In this document: in pieces, positions 62,709-64,000 of the stretch | Numbering within the stretch: the stretch's first letter is position 1 | Layout: every line of letters starts with the position of its first letter | NCBI GenBank assembly: GCA_965203295.1 | Contig: CBDBCZ010000019.1 | Span: forward strand, 1,856,001 to 1,920,000 | Origin: Nitrospirales bacterium | GTDB lineage: Bacteria > Nitrospirota > Nitrospiria > Nitrospirales > UBA8639 | Direction: 5' to 3' | Length of the DNA: 64,000 nucleotides | Made by a program: the position numbers and the translations under genes | Notes under the pieces: model-generated | Seen by the model: the letters and a program-made list of their open reading frames with translations, nothing else | Told to the model about the DNA's origin: nothing | The model's database searches: none

Positions 62709-63728
62709 ATGATTCAAAAAGAGTTTTTTCTTTTTGCGATGCTCGTTTTTGTGCTCCTGGGTGTATGGATCCCTGGAGAATCGTATGGATTTGCAATCCT
62801 TGAGCCGGAGTCATCCCCTACCTATCATTCTGGGCAAACAATTACAGTCAAACTAGAGTTGGGCGAGGTCGCGGGAATCTCTGCAGTTCACTATTTTTGG
62901 TATGGCCAACACGAAGATATGCTGGAAGAACAAATTGATAAAAAATTAGCCATGGTGGCTACAGGATCCAACGTCCCACCCTTTGGAGGCAAGATCAAGA
63001 TCCCCAGAACAGCTATTGGCCCAATGCGGCTTCTTGCTGTAGCGAAGGGTGAAGGGGATCAATTAGCCCTAGGGAATTGGGCCATTTTTGACGAAATTGT
63101 TCTACAGATCGAACCCAAAGCTCAATTACGGGAAATCGATTTTGAAACCGAGAAACCACTGCGATTGGGACGCGCCGGAGGATCCAAGGTTTATGATCAA
63201 GTTGATTTTCTTGGAAAAACTTTGGAATTGCCGGTGGTCGGACGTTTTTCTGATGGGATTACACGTCAGATTCGGTCAAAAAAGACCGGGACCTTCTATC
63301 GATCTTCGGACGAGTCCATCATCACCATTAATGAAGATGGGCTCTTTCGGTTAGTTGGAAATGGGAAGGTGATGATTACGGCTAGAAACAGAGGGAAAGA
63401 AGCCATATTAGATGTTCGTGTACAAGTCAACAACGAGCCCAACGAAGCTCCAGTCCCTGATCCCGGGGAAGAAAAAGTCGTACCCTCAGGCACCCGCGTC
63501 ACACTGAATGGGTTAAACAGTTACGACCCAGAAGGTGGGTCACTTGGGTATCATTGGTCTCAAGTCCTTGGAAGCAAAGTGGCTCTGTTGGACCCTTATT
63601 CCGCCAAAGCGAGTTTTTTAGCTCCAAATATTTTGGAAGAACGCCTCTTTCGATTTAAACTCCGTGTGACCGACATCAGGGGAGCAGATAGTAACCCCGT
63701 CTTTGTCGACATCATTGTCGAGCCGTAG
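62709..63728 (+). CDS. Exported Ig-like/PKD-domain protein
   Basis: YRSSDESIITINEDG (Big_2-like) and NEAPV...VTLNGLNSYDPEG...YHWSQ (PKD-like); start uncertain. Confidence 0.75.
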   Translation: MIQKEFFLFAMLVFVLLGVWIPGESYGFAILEPESSPTYHSGQTITVKLELGEVAGISAVHYFWYGQHEDMLEEQIDKKLAMVATGSNVPPFGGKIKIPRTAIGPMRLLAVAKGEGDQLALGNWAIFDEIVLQIEPKAQLREIDFETEKPLRLGRAGGSKVYDQVDFLGKTLELPVVGRFSDGITRQIRSKKTGTFYRSSDESIITINEDGLFRLVGNGKVMITARNRGKEAILDVRVQVNNEPNEAPVPDPGEEKVVPSGTRVTLNGLNSYDPEGGSLGYHWSQVLGSKVALLDPYSAKASFLAPNILEERLFRFKLRVTDIRGADSNPVFVDIIVEP

Positions 63729-63773
63729 CATACTTTTTACATTTCTTCCCGACATTGAACGAATACTCCACGT

Positions 63774-64000
63774 TTACAACATTTGTTGTGGGCTTTGCTG
63801 CTCTTCAGTAGATTGACCTGCGGATTCCAGTAAATCTTTTCCAACCATAATGGGAGCTTGAAAATGAATGGCCAAGGCAATAGCATCGGATGATCGGCTA
63901 TCAAAAACCTTGGTCCGCCCTTTCATGGACACTGAAAGTTCACCAAAGTACACCTGCTTTTTGAGTCGAATCGTCACACTAGCCACCTTCCCTCCAAATT
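63774..64000 (-). CDS. Bifunctional nuclease / DUF151 protein, 3' part only
   Basis: DSRSSDAIALA...API motif; the frame stays open to the window edge. Confidence 0.8.
   Translation of the reverse strand, partial: FGGKVASVTIRLKKQVYFGELSVSMKGRTKVFDSRSSDAIALAIHFQAPIMVGKDLLESAGQSTEEQQSPQQML

Overview
A gene-dense chromosomal window, mostly on the minus strand, with no rRNA, tRNA, CRISPR or mobile element visible. Gene content and order match my recollection of the respiratory region of nitrite-oxidising Nitrospirales (Nitrospirota). It encodes three NxrC/EbdC-like heme-b proteins, a TorD-type chaperone, a NapF/NapG-like ferredoxin, MobA, TatA, two CydA-like 'bd-like' oxidase subunits with no CydB, several c-type cytochromes and a giant MnxG-like multicopper oxidase; nxrA and nxrB are not in the window. 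Housekeeping genes (zwf, ttuB/ttuA, ilvD, argS-tgt-yajC-secD-secF, dat) are interleaved. Main observations beyond the ORF track: (1) a LysM domain inserted between Gly/Ser linkers inside the multicopper oxidase, with cupredoxin-motif neighbours and a nitrosocyanin-like protein nearby; (2) an unlisted 38-aa membrane ORF with its own RBS heading the bd-like oxidase operon, plus a divergent 34-aa membrane ORF; (3) a B12-radical SAM/TPR/TatA/NHL/heme-b/pentaheme operon; (4) a sigma54 activator with a four-Cys insert; (5) a pseudogene with two lesions, and repeated G>A/C>T changes at conserved motifs that suggest mutational erosion. Taxonomy and functions are inferred from motifs read by eye; no database searches were run.
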